From Hormoscilla sp. (GTDB lineage Bacteria > Cyanobacteriota > Cyanobacteriia > Cyanobacteriales > Desertifilaceae), in NCBI GenBank assembly GCA_051439505.1, contig JBFRWI010000051.1, positions 1-49,516 on the forward strand: DNA of 49,516 nt. The letters run 5' to 3'. Shown piece after piece: positions 10,480 through 20,069 of this stretch. The notes beneath the pieces are model-generated. The model saw only the letters and a list, made by a program, of their open reading frames with translations. It was not told the origin of the DNA and made no database searches. The stretch's first letter is position 1. Each line of letters starts with the position of its first letter. The position numbers and the translations under genes were made by a program.

Positions 10480-11316
10480 TCAATCTCTGTCTAATTTGGG
10501 AGGTGGCATGTGCTTCATCTCCCACACTTTGAGGACGATGAGATATTCGTAGAAGGCTTGCAAAGTACACCAGGCCAGACCTGGAGACCCATCCAGCCAG
10601 CCTCCTAGTATAAAATACATATAAAAAAAGCGTATTACTGGTCTGAAGGGTAAACGTAGAGACAGGTCTTTGAGGGCGTGACGTCTGTCCACTTCCGACT
10701 TGCCAAAAAACAAGTCTCGCCAATTAATTTTGCCCACGGATATTTGGCGCAGGGTTTCGACAGCTTCATCGGTGGAGTAGCGGTTGTGCTTTTCCAGCCA
10801 TCGGCTCAATCCTTTGCTACAGGTATAGTGGGGATAGGTTTCTTTGATAAAGCCAGTCGGTCCGTGACAAACTTCTCGTTCCGTATGACCGTAGTCCGTA
10901 TACCAGACTTTGCCGACGCGCAGTAAACGCAGTTGGTAACGGGGATACTGGGTGCTGTGACGAATCCACCGATTCATAAATATCACCCGTTCAGCGACGT
11001 AGTAGCCCACATTGTCCGATGTTTTTGTCGCTTCCACGCATTCAGCAAACAACTCTGGTGTCATCCGTTCATCTGCTTCGAGAATATAAACCCATTCGTG
11101 TTTAGGGGGGATTTCCTTTAGCATCCAGGTCCGCTGACGTCCGTGACTTTCAAAGGCGTGCTGCACGATCTTTACTGGATAGCGCTGAGCAATCTCGATG
11201 GTGCGATCGCTACTTAATGAGTCCACCACAACTATATCATCAGATAGCAGCGCTGATTCAATACAAGCGGCAATATCAATTTCTTCATTATAGGTGAGGA
11301 TATAAATCGAGAACAT
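10480..11316 (-). CDS. Glycosyltransferase family 2
   Basis: Motifs SIYILTYNEE, VVDSLSSDRT and YILEADE. ATG at 11316 preferred. Confidence 0.9.
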   Translation of the reverse strand: MFSIYILTYNEEIDIAACIESALLSDDIVVVDSLSSDRTIEIAQRYPVKIVQHAFESHGRQRTWMLKEIPPKHEWVYILEADERMTPELFAECVEATKTSDNVGYYVAERVIFMNRWIRHSTQYPRYQLRLLRVGKVWYTDYGHTEREVCHGPTGFIKETYPHYTCSKGLSRWLEKHNRYSTDEAVETLRQISVGKINWRDLFFGKSEVDRRHALKDLSLRLPFRPVIRFFYMYFILGGWLDGSPGLAWCTLQAFYEYLIVLKVWEMKHMPPPKLDRD

Positions 11317-11473
11317 TCCAACTATGTGTGAATAGATTATGCTTGCTTGAGAGGCTGAAAATTTACTTACCCCTGACGATTGACCACTAACAGACATACT
11401 CCCCCTTGATTTCCTATCTCCCTCTAGCATACACTTGAGGGAGATAGGATAATTTTCTGCTTCGATTCTGCTA

Positions 11474-12286
11474 TTAAAGCCCCGCCGCTTTCCGACGCCT
11501 TTTTCTCCCACCGCTCATGCCACCGGTTAATCCCGTCCAGCCAATCCCCAAGTAGCCGATCGCTAATAGCCCACTGCTGAACGATCGGGCTATTGACTTG
11601 ACTGCTCTTTCCTGGGTCTGCTTTTCCGCTTGCATCTTGCGTTCCCGAATCTGTTTGCGAGCTTCTTTGGGTAGGTTTGTGGCTTGTCGCTGTATATATT
11701 CGTTAAGGGCGTTGGGATCTTGCTTAAAGCCTCTTAATAAATCCGCCTGTTGTGCGGGCGCTTGGGACACCACTCGCTCGAAATCCTGGGGACTATTTAT
11801 CAGTTGCTCGATCTGACTTTTGAACTGATTTTGCCGCCGTTCAAGTCCAGATTCAAACTGGCTACTAGAGAGTCTGGTTTCGGCCTGACTTGCCTGCTGC
11901 TCGATCGTGCGCATGGCCTGGTTGCGGCTGCGAATTGTATCGGCAGCGTGGATCGGCGCTATCAGTAAAAATGTTACTCCCAATACTGCTGCCAGGATTA
12001 CTGACCCGGTTTTTAACAGGTTTTCTACTGGACTGTCCAATCCTGATTCTGTAGCCATGCTGGATATCCAAAGACCTGCCAGCACAAAGGCCAGACCTAC
12101 TAGCGGAATTACCCCCCGATCGATCACCTGGCTTGTGAAGCCCAGTCGCCACGACACCTGGGTCACATTGGGGGGAAATAGCAGAGTCAGGGCGTCCAGC
12201 GCAAATGACACTATCATGATCGTGCCCACCAGTTGCAGCGATCGGGCTGCTAGGGGCGATATGCTACTACTATTACTTGCTCTCAT
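11474..12286 (-). CDS. HpsJ-like membrane protein (hormogonium polysaccharide family)
   Basis: Three N-terminal TM helices with W..GFTSQVIDRGVIPLVG, a Gln-rich coiled coil and a C-terminal TM. Flanked by glycosyltransferases. Confidence 0.75.
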   Translation of the reverse strand: MRASNSSSISPLAARSLQLVGTIMIVSFALDALTLLFPPNVTQVSWRLGFTSQVIDRGVIPLVGLAFVLAGLWISSMATESGLDSPVENLLKTGSVILAAVLGVTFLLIAPIHAADTIRSRNQAMRTIEQQASQAETRLSSSQFESGLERRQNQFKSQIEQLINSPQDFERVVSQAPAQQADLLRGFKQDPNALNEYIQRQATNLPKEARKQIRERKMQAEKQTQERAVKSIARSFSSGLLAIGYLGIGWTGLTGGMSGGRKRRRKAAGL

Positions 12287-12473
12287 GATCTTTTAGTTTC
12301 CTGAGGTACTTTGAAATTGACTTTCATCTTATCATTCCCAGTTTTGATGCCATCTTATTCCTATGCAATTATTCATTCAGAGAGTGAATGGCGCCGATCT
12401 TCACAAGGGCAGATTAAACAGTAATGTCGATCGCCCTGATTTGCCTATGCCATACTTTTTCCCTTTTACTCTT

Positions 12474-13181
12474 TTACTTGCTCTGATACCAGCGGCGGAT
12501 GCGATCGGGGGAAACTCCCAGGACATAGGCTACGATCGCCAGTTGATTGATCCAGGTTGTTTTCAGGATACCAAGTTTTTGCCAGCGGCGGCCTGATGTC
12601 ATCACTGCTGCGGGGGCGATCGCGATCTTCCCCAGGCGCTGTAGACGCCGGATCGATGCTACATCCTCCATAATGGGCAAGTCAGGGAACCCACCAATAT
12701 CATTAAATACGGTAGCTGGCATAAATATCCCCTGGTCCCCATAGGGGAGGCCCAAAAGACGCGATCGCCAATTGACTCCCATTTCCACCAGTCTTATACC
12801 CGCCAGGGCCCCATCAATCTGCAACCGAAATGCACCGGCTACTACCTGAGGCTTGCTCAGACAGTCCCTAACTATGCGGTCAAAACCGACGGGTAAGCGG
12901 GTATCGGCATGGAGAAATAGCAGAATTGCACCCTTGGCCACCGCTGCACCAGCGTTCATTTGACATGCTCTACCGGTAGCCGCAGAAATCACCTTCACAG
13001 AGGTGGGAGCGAACGGAATTTTCTCTACTAAATTAACTGTACCATCAACCGAACCACCATCCACCACGATCGCCTCTACATCTTTGGCCTCGCCAATAGA
13101 TGCGAGAGTGGGCAAGATGTGGTCTGCTTCATTCAGTACGGGGATGATGATGGATATGATCGGGCTAGACTCCGAAGTCAT
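12474..13181 (-). CDS. GT2 glycosyltransferase, TIGR04283-like
   Basis: Motifs ISIIIPVLNE, VDGGSVD, GRACQMNAGA, FLHADT, YGDQG, IMED and TSGRRW. Confidence 0.9.
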   Translation of the reverse strand: MTSESSPIISIIIPVLNEADHILPTLASIGEAKDVEAIVVDGGSVDGTVNLVEKIPFAPTSVKVISAATGRACQMNAGAAVAKGAILLFLHADTRLPVGFDRIVRDCLSKPQVVAGAFRLQIDGALAGIRLVEMGVNWRSRLLGLPYGDQGIFMPATVFNDIGGFPDLPIMEDVASIRRLQRLGKIAIAPAAVMTSGRRWQKLGILKTTWINQLAIVAYVLGVSPDRIRRWYQSK

Positions 13182-13296
13182 AAGTAGTCGTGCATAATTA
13201 TTTTTAGCTCTGATTTTTTAGTCAACAACGCTATAACCCTTGCTCTGTGGTAATTTGAAGCTTAGGACTGTCCAACTACGAACTACGAACTACGAA

Positions 13297-13962
13297 CTAC
13301 GAACTACTTAATTCGCTGGGGAGGGACGACAAATCTGAGGGACGATCGATATCGGCCAGCACTGGCAGTTGATGGTGTGAGAGGTTGAGTCTTTGGGCGA
13401 TCGCCAATGTTTGTGCTAACACCCGTGATGTCCCCCAGTCGATGCCGATCAATAATTCTGGGACCATACGCCTGAGACCAATTAGATAATAGCCGCCGTC
13501 TGCTGCTGGTCCGAGCACTAAGTCTGCCGAGTCCAGCCGCTCAAATGCGTATAATAGCAATTTGCTGTCGATGCTGGGGCAATCTGTGCCAATAATCACT
13601 ACTCGCACCGCGCCACTGTTGAAAGCCCGATCGAACGCCTGTGCCATCCGGTCACCCAGGTCGCCATTCCCCTGCTGGTGATAAATTAGATCGTCCCCCA
13701 GCCACTCTCTCATGAGGGCTTCTGTCGCCCCTGTAAAGTATACTTCCAGGGTTGGGTCTGGGCACGAGTTCCAACCTACCAGTGATTTTGCCTGACGAAG
13801 GGTATGTTCGGCTAGCTGGCGGTGCAGGTTAGCAGCACCCTCTTTCCCTAAAGCACCGATGAGTCTTGTTTTGGTTTTTCCTGGTTCTGGATAGCGAGTA
13901 AATATTATCAGGCTAGTAGATGATTTGCTCGACTGGCCAGTTTGGGACTTGATATCTTCCAT
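13297..13962 (-). CDS. TIGR04282/DUF2064 nucleotidyltransferase-like protein
   Basis: Motifs FTRYPEPGKTKTRL, IIGTDCP, LGPAADGGYYLIG and DIDRPSDL. Usual partner of TIGR04283. ATG at 13962. Confidence 0.9.
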   Translation of the reverse strand: MEDIKSQTGQSSKSSTSLIIFTRYPEPGKTKTRLIGALGKEGAANLHRQLAEHTLRQAKSLVGWNSCPDPTLEVYFTGATEALMREWLGDDLIYHQQGNGDLGDRMAQAFDRAFNSGAVRVVIIGTDCPSIDSKLLLYAFERLDSADLVLGPAADGGYYLIGLRRMVPELLIGIDWGTSRVLAQTLAIAQRLNLSHHQLPVLADIDRPSDLSSLPSELSSS

Positions 13963-14131
13963 CGCTTCACCACCCCTACATCTGCCTACTGTATCACTAG
14001 GGCCCAATATAATCCATCCGATCGGGCCATTAACCTGTTCCTGCCCGGTAAAGAGTCTGGGAACGAGGGTAAATATAACAGCAAATTCTTCCACTCACCA
14101 TTGACTATTGACCATTCACCATTCCCCAACC

Positions 14132-17100
14132 TCAGGGCAACCCCGCACAGGTGAATGCTGCCCAGTAATTCGGTGAGGCAAAGGGCAATTCTTCTTCACA
14201 ATAGTTTTTCAGACTCTCTAGGGAATCTTTACTCTTCATCCATATCTTACCATACTTATCAATTTCTTTCTGCAAACTCTCGTATTCTGGGGAACCTTCG
14301 GCACGGTATTTTTGCTGCTTCTGGGCTGACTTGCGTGCTGCGAACGCTTGTGTTGATTTCTCGTTCAGCAGGGGTTCTATTTGGGGTTTGTATTCTGCGG
14401 ACAATTCCTCGCCAGTCAGGTTCCGCAGCCGAACTTGTGCTTCTCCCAAGGCTTCTGGGCGACTCTTGCCCTGCTGTCGCTGCTGATAATAGAAGATGCA
14501 AAACATCGCTGTGGCAATGTCATTTACTGCCCACAGGGTTCCGATGACGCTGCGGGCCCCCGCACACAAAAATCCTGTGGCTATGGTAATGATATCATCG
14601 GTGATTTCGGTCACGCCGAAACCAGTCTCGCAGCATGAGAGAAAGACTTCCTTTAAATCTGGCAAGCGCCAACCCGGACTCATCAGTTCCCCCAAGGTGA
14701 TATTGCCATTCCCTAACTGTAGATGGGATTCCAGGGGATTGTCAAGGCGCGACTGGGCGTGGTGACTGGAGTGGAGGACATGTACTTGTTTGGCTAACTG
14801 CCGATAGTTTTCTACTGTTGCTTGGGAACCTTTTAAGCGCAGGCGATCGGGAATGCCGTGCATTTGGACAATTTGTTCGCATTCAAAGGCGGCGCAAGGC
14901 AAGTCTTCCGTGGCATCTTCTACAGTGCCGTAGCTGATGGATGCTGCTATGGGGGGGCGTCTGTGGCAAAATTCTAAGACTTGGCAACTGGGAACGGTGC
15001 GCAGGATGAATTTGTCGCTGAGATATTCTCCCAGTTGATTGATGGGTAGGGCGGCAAAGGGAATTTGGTGCAGATACAGGTGCGGTACGAGGATTAATTC
15101 TTGGATGTCACCCAGGTGCTGGGAAATTAGATCCTCCAGTTGCAGGCGCTGGGCAAGTTCGGTGATAAACCCATTCATTTGGTGGAGCCATTCTGTTCTG
15201 TTCTCGACATAGAGTTGTATCCAGTTTTCGAGGATCCACAGTTGCAAGGTTTTCCCTCCTTGTCCCGTGCAGGTATACAACTGTGGGGTTTGATTCTGGC
15301 GCAGGATAAAGATATGGGTATGGTCGTCGGTACTGTAGAAACTGACAATGGCAGCGGTGGGAGATGCTATCAACTGCTGCATGGCTGCTAAGTTAGGAGG
15401 GTTAACTTGAATCTCGCTAGCTAGCTCAAAGTCTAGCTTCCTCAGTTCTTCCCAAACCTGCTGTTTCTGGGCTTCTAACTGGGCGACATTTTCGCTGTAG
15501 GCTTCAAACGCGGCGCGTCCGAGATAACTGCTTGCGGTGAGCGTAGTAGAACCGCGATCGGTTTTTAGCATTCCCTGGTTATCATCAGACTGATGGGGAA
15601 TGCGTTCTCCGTTGATTTGCTGCTGTAGCCCTTCGTACTCCTGTAATTTTTCTCGGACTTGAGCAGGAATTTCCCCCCCGCGATACAGGTCGTTACTCGC
15701 CATCAAGTCTATCAGACGCTTGGAACGGGAACGTTCGACATATTCAATGGCTTTATCCAGTTGACCGAGATTGATGCAGGCTTGCACCATGTTGTCATAA
15801 ACACCGAGGGATTCTCTGAGAATTTCTTGGCGGCGTTCCTCTTTGACTGCCCAGTTGCGGCTTTGTTCTACAGCAGCGATCGCGAGTTCGTAGCCTTCAA
15901 TGGCGACTTGCCAATTGCCGTTTTCAAATCCTAGATTACCTAAATTGCCACCCGTTCGCAAGCAATCGATGGGAAAGCTTTGGGGAGTGGATACTTGCAA
16001 TGCGAGGCGATAAGCGGCGATCGCCTGTTCTAGATTCTCTGCCTTATCTCCTTTGATTCTGTGACGGTAGGCATTGCCCAAATTATCCTGAGTCCCTGCC
16101 CAGTTCGAGGGGAATGCTTCTTTTGTGTAAACCGACAAAGCCCGTTGGTAGGCTGCCAGGGCGTTCTCCAGATTCTCACCCTTGTCTCCTTTGATTCTGT
16201 CAGAGTAGGTTAGGCCCAAATTATTCTGAGTCGCTGCCCAGTTCGAGGGGAATGCTTCTTTTGTGTAAACCGACAAAGCCCGTTGGTGGGCTGCCAGAGC
16301 GTTCTCCAGATTCTCTGCCTTATCTCCTTTGATTCTGTTCCAGTAGGCAAGGCCCAAATTATACTGAGTAGAAGCCCAGTCCGTGGGGAATGCCTCGGAA
16401 GTGTAAACCGACAAAGCCCGTTGGAAGGCTGCCAGGGCCTTTTCCAGATTTTCGGCTTTATCTCCTTTGATTCTGTTTATGTAGGCACTGCCCAAATTAT
16501 TCTGAGTCATTGCCCAGTCCGTGGGGAATGCTTCTTTTGTGTAAACCGACAAAGCCCGTTGGTAGGCTGCCAGGGCGTTCTCCAGATTCTCACCCTTGTC
16601 TCCTTTGATTCTGTTTATGTAGGCAGCGCCCAAATTATTCTGAGTGGAAGCCCATTTTGTGGGGAATGCGGATGAAGTGCGAACCGACAAAGCCCGTTGG
16701 AAGGCTGCCAGGGCCTTTTCCAGATTTTCGGCTCTGTCTCCTTTGATTCTGTTACGGTAGGCACTGCCCAAATTATTCTGAGTCAATGCCCAGTTGGTGG
16801 GGAATGCTTCTTTTGTGTAAACCGACAAAGCCCGTTGGCAGGCTGCCAGGGCCTTTTCCAGATTCTCTGCCTTATCTCCTTTGATTCTGTCTTTGTAGGC
16901 AACGCCCAAATTATTCTGAGTGGAAGCCCATTTCGTGGGGAATGCGGATGAAGTGCGAACCGACAAAGCCCGTTGGAAGGCTGCCAGGGCCTTTTCCAGA
17001 TTCTCAGCTCTGTCTCCTTTGATTCTGTCAGAGTAGGCAGCGCCCAAATTATTTTGAGCCATTGCCCAGTGCGTGGGGAATGCCTCGGAAGTGAGAACCG

Positions 17101-18487
17101 ACAAAGCCCCTTGGTAGGCTGCCAGGGCCTTTTCCAGGTTTTCGGCTTTATCTCCTTTAATTCTGTCACGGTAGGCATTGCCCAAACTATACTGAGTAGA
17201 AGCCCAGTGCGTGGGGAATGCCTCGGAAGTGAGAACCGACAAAGCCCGTTGGTAGGCTGCCAGGGCGTTTTCCAGATTTTCACCCTTGTCTCCTTTGATT
17301 CTGTTAGAGTAGACATTGCCCAAATTATACTGAGTCATTGCCCAGTCCGTGGGGAATGCTTCTTTTGTGTAAACCGACAAAGCCCGTTGGTAGGCTGCCA
17401 GGGCGTTTTCCAGATTCTCACCCTTGTCTCCTTTGATTCTGTAATAGTAGGCATTACCCAAATTATTCTGAGTCATTGCCCAGCCAGAGGGAAAATCTTC
17501 CTGGGTGTGTACTTGCAATACTTGGTGATAAGCGGAAATCTCCTGTTCTATATTCTCGGCCTTATTTCCCTTGATTCTGTAATTGTAGGCAATGCCGAGA
17601 TTGTATTGCGTAGCTGCCCAATCTTGGGGAAATGCCGATTGGGTGCGGACTTCCAATGCCAGGCGATAAGCGGAGAGTGCCTGTTCTATATTCTCGGCCT
17701 TATCTCCCTTGATTCTCTCATAGTAGATAGCGCCGAGATCGTTTTGCGTCATTGCCCATTCGTAGGGGTAAGCTGACTGGGTGTATACTTGCAGCGCGAG
17801 GTGATAAGCAGATATCGCCGCTTCCAAATTCTCAGCTTTATCTCCTTTGATTCTCTTATAGTAGGCTAGCCCGAGATTAGATTGCGTCATTGCCCATTTT
17901 TCAGGGTAAGCTGACTGGGTGAAGACTTTTAAGCCTGTTACATAACCCGCGATCGCTATTTCCACGTTGCCCGAGCGGTTGCCTTGGGTAAACTTTCGCA
18001 TCAACTTGCTGAAATCAACGATTACCTCAGCAATGGCGGGAGCTTTCTGTGATTGTATTTGAAGTAAAGTTTCAGCTACCCGAGTTTCCAGTATCCGTTG
18101 CCAGTTCTCATGCAGCAAGTCCAGGTTTCGTTCCAGCAGCGGGTATACTAACTCAGAACTATTATCGGCTGCAACTGCTAGAAACACCTGCATCAAGAAA
18201 TTAACATAGTCTTCCAGAGCATTCTCCTGTGAGGTAATGTCCAGCATCAGTGCCAATACCCCTGCCAACCGCCGCAACTTCAAGCCATTGGGTTTTTCCT
18301 CTTCCGACCCTGCCATCTTGTCAGCTTCCCGTTCCATCACCTGCACGAAGGACTCATCTATCAGGTTTTTGTTCGCCTGCAATATCTCCAGAACCTGTCC
18401 GCTGGGGCAAGTGAGCAGGGTTTGAATCAGTTCCAAATATGCTTGCTGGCCTTGTTCGTTCATGGTATATGTCTCAATAGGGTTCAC
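14132..18487 (-). CDS. TPR-repeat + CHAT (caspase-like) protease
   Basis: 14 TPR-like repeats of 46 aa. C-terminal CHAT domain with LVPHLYLHQIPF, LHSSHHA (His), VFLSCCET (Cys), FLCAGARSVIGTLWAV and YWAAF. Alternative ATG at 18463. Confidence 0.92.
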   Translation of the reverse strand: MNPIETYTMNEQGQQAYLELIQTLLTCPSGQVLEILQANKNLIDESFVQVMEREADKMAGSEEEKPNGLKLRRLAGVLALMLDITSQENALEDYVNFLMQVFLAVAADNSSELVYPLLERNLDLLHENWQRILETRVAETLLQIQSQKAPAIAEVIVDFSKLMRKFTQGNRSGNVEIAIAGYVTGLKVFTQSAYPEKWAMTQSNLGLAYYKRIKGDKAENLEAAISAYHLALQVYTQSAYPYEWAMTQNDLGAIYYERIKGDKAENIEQALSAYRLALEVRTQSAFPQDWAATQYNLGIAYNYRIKGNKAENIEQEISAYHQVLQVHTQEDFPSGWAMTQNNLGNAYYYRIKGDKGENLENALAAYQRALSVYTKEAFPTDWAMTQYNLGNVYSNRIKGDKGENLENALAAYQRALSVLTSEAFPTHWASTQYSLGNAYRDRIKGDKAENLEKALAAYQGALSVLTSEAFPTHWAMAQNNLGAAYSDRIKGDRAENLEKALAAFQRALSVRTSSAFPTKWASTQNNLGVAYKDRIKGDKAENLEKALAACQRALSVYTKEAFPTNWALTQNNLGSAYRNRIKGDRAENLEKALAAFQRALSVRTSSAFPTKWASTQNNLGAAYINRIKGDKGENLENALAAYQRALSVYTKEAFPTDWAMTQNNLGSAYINRIKGDKAENLEKALAAFQRALSVYTSEAFPTDWASTQYNLGLAYWNRIKGDKAENLENALAAHQRALSVYTKEAFPSNWAATQNNLGLTYSDRIKGDKGENLENALAAYQRALSVYTKEAFPSNWAGTQDNLGNAYRHRIKGDKAENLEQAIAAYRLALQVSTPQSFPIDCLRTGGNLGNLGFENGNWQVAIEGYELAIAAVEQSRNWAVKEERRQEILRESLGVYDNMVQACINLGQLDKAIEYVERSRSKRLIDLMASNDLYRGGEIPAQVREKLQEYEGLQQQINGERIPHQSDDNQGMLKTDRGSTTLTASSYLGRAAFEAYSENVAQLEAQKQQVWEELRKLDFELASEIQVNPPNLAAMQQLIASPTAAIVSFYSTDDHTHIFILRQNQTPQLYTCTGQGGKTLQLWILENWIQLYVENRTEWLHQMNGFITELAQRLQLEDLISQHLGDIQELILVPHLYLHQIPFAALPINQLGEYLSDKFILRTVPSCQVLEFCHRRPPIAASISYGTVEDATEDLPCAAFECEQIVQMHGIPDRLRLKGSQATVENYRQLAKQVHVLHSSHHAQSRLDNPLESHLQLGNGNITLGELMSPGWRLPDLKEVFLSCCETGFGVTEITDDIITIATGFLCAGARSVIGTLWAVNDIATAMFCIFYYQQRQQGKSRPEALGEAQVRLRNLTGEELSAEYKPQIEPLLNEKSTQAFAARKSAQKQQKYRAEGSPEYESLQKEIDKYGKIWMKSKDSLESLKNYCEEELPFASPNYWAAFTCAGLP
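15965..17896 (-). repeat. Intragenic tandem array of 14 x 138-bp repeats
   Basis: Trp codons of the WAxTQ motif recur every 138 bp from 17896 to 16102, with high DNA identity between units. Confidence 0.92.
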
Positions 18488-18658
18488 TGCTGCTTCAAGT
18501 ATATGACATATTTTATGCTATTGCCTCGTCGAGCGGTTCACCTCAAACTCTGGTATCCGGCCCATTCCCACCCACAGTCCGATGGTAACCAGAGTACGGG
18601 TTCCATCTGTGGGCCAAATAGCCTCCATCAGGTGAATAGCCGGAGGTTTGCCCCTTTG

Positions 18659-18761
18659 CAGCACTAGGTTTTCCCAAAAGCAGCACTAGGTTATGGGGAA
18701 AAACAGCACTAGGTTTTTTGGAGTAACAGCACTAGGTTTTTTGGAAAAACAGCACTAGGTT
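18659..18761. repeat. Five phased 12-bp direct repeats CAGCACTAGGTT
   Basis: Starts at 18659, 18681, 18704, 18727 and 18750 (period 22-23 bp), with variable 10-11-bp linkers. Confidence 0.9.
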
Positions 18762-19041
18762 ATTTGGGACAGCGCCAGTGGCGGCCATTGCACCCGCTTT
18801 ATATAGCAGAATAATTTACCCACCAGAAGAGAAGGGCGGTATGCAATTTGTCATGCTAGGACCGGCGATACCTCCGGAGGAAGAGGAGACAACAGTTGTG
18901 CAGTTCCGGTCCCGTGAAGACCCCCTACCGGGTTTCTGCCGAGATTTTCCAACTTCCATCGGTAAGTCCCCCGGTCCCGTGAAGACCTTCAAAAAGCCCA
19001 CATGCATTCGCGATCGCACGAACTACCGCAAAAGAAAAGGG

Positions 19042-19069
19042 TTGACATGGACGCCCGATCGGGTATAGT
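19042..19069 (+). promoter_or_regulatory. Putative sigma70-type promoter
   Basis: TTGACA-N16-TATAGT, about 270 bp upstream of the 19340 ORF. Confidence 0.45.
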
Positions 19070-19182
19070 GGAAGAGACTCATATCTTGAACCATTGTCAA
19101 CCTTAGGCAGAGCCAAAGTGAACTCGTTTCCAGGCTCCGCCGTGCGTAACAAGGGTAAAACGCTTTGTAGACAAAGTAGAGA

Positions 19183-19233
19183 GTGGGTTTTAACCCACTT
19201 AAGCTATTAGCCGGGGGTTTTAACCCCCGGCGG
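19183..19233. repeat. REP-like element, family D (AGCTATTAGCCGGGGGTTTTAACCCCCGGCGG)
   Basis: Hairpin pair, homologous to 33216-33351 and 48616-48670. Confidence 0.75.
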
Positions 19234-19339
19234 TCCTGAGCTGCGTCGAAGGGCGGGCCAGGAGACATATTGACTAATCTCCAATGGTGCAAGATTTCAG
19301 GTAGAACAGACAAGAGGGCCAAGCAGGGGAGAACGCCAG

Positions 19340-20059
19340 TTGCAAATCAAAGAGATCATCAATAAATTGAGAGACCAGATCGAGACAGCAGGGGCAGTCG
19401 CGCCCACCGAAGCGGAGAAGTTAAAGAAGATATTCAACTGGGTTTCCAGAGAAAAGCCGGGAAAGTTGACAGCCAGGAAATACGTGCTACTATTTCTGAA
19501 GCAGCTCATCTTAGATATAGAAGCGTGGCTAAAAATCCAATCTCTGTCAGCAGCAGAGAAAAGCGAAGCCTTGAAGGGCATGTCACCAACCGAAAGATAT
19601 TGGTATAGTGAATTATTGCCCCAATGGTTAAGGACCTATGACCCCAAGTTTTATAAATGGAAACGCCGCCTGATGAAGGGAGAGTACGCAGATGCGGATA
19701 GGGAGTTAATTAAAGCAATTCTAGATCAGATATCAAGTCGTCAAGGGGATGGCGTGTCCCGTTATATTGCAGATCTGTCCATGGCAACGGATATAATCGT
19801 TAGTAATAATCAATCAATACCCCTCTGTGTCCAACTGACCCAAAGTGCAGATGAATATACTCAAGAGAAGGAGGCCAACTGGGAAGAAACTCTCCGGTAC
19901 TGGGGCATAGAGAGAGGACTATTCATCAGCTATAATCCAGCTATAGATGATTATCTAACTCAGGTGGTTAACATCGCCAAGTATAATAGCGACAATATTA
20001 AACCAGCCAAGTACCAAAAATTCAGAATAGAAAAGCGCAGAAAGCCAAAAAATAAATAG
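19340..20059 (+). CDS. Hypothetical protein, possible restriction-endonuclease-like fold
   Basis: 239-aa ORF with TTG start after GGGGAG. Basic C-tail. D..ATDIIV...LCVQLT pattern. Confidence 0.7.
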   Translation: MQIKEIINKLRDQIETAGAVAPTEAEKLKKIFNWVSREKPGKLTARKYVLLFLKQLILDIEAWLKIQSLSAAEKSEALKGMSPTERYWYSELLPQWLRTYDPKFYKWKRRLMKGEYADADRELIKAILDQISSRQGDGVSRYIADLSMATDIIVSNNQSIPLCVQLTQSADEYTQEKEANWEETLRYWGIERGLFISYNPAIDDYLTQVVNIAKYNSDNIKPAKYQKFRIEKRRKPKNK

Positions 20060-20069
20060 GAGGCAAAGA

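Noticed and set aside
12474..13962. Arsenosugar biosynthesis cluster
   Set aside because: The TIGR04282/04283-like pair is present, but no arsM or radical-SAM arsS is nearby. The context is HpsJ/GT2 polysaccharide genes.
16283..17776. Long antisense and alternate-frame ORFs in the TPR array
   Set aside because: They are shadows of the 138-bp repeat.
14132..18660. Diversity-generating retroelement acting on the TPR repeats
   Set aside because: No reverse transcriptase or separate template repeat is in the window, and the differences are not evidently adenine-specific.
18515..18665. Short minus-strand ORF or WD40-like fragment (YSPDGGYLA) upstream of CHAT
   Set aside because: Too short, with no convincing start or further motif support.
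18659..18761. Mini-CRISPR
   Set aside because: 12-bp repeats and 10-11-bp linkers are far below CRISPR dimensions.
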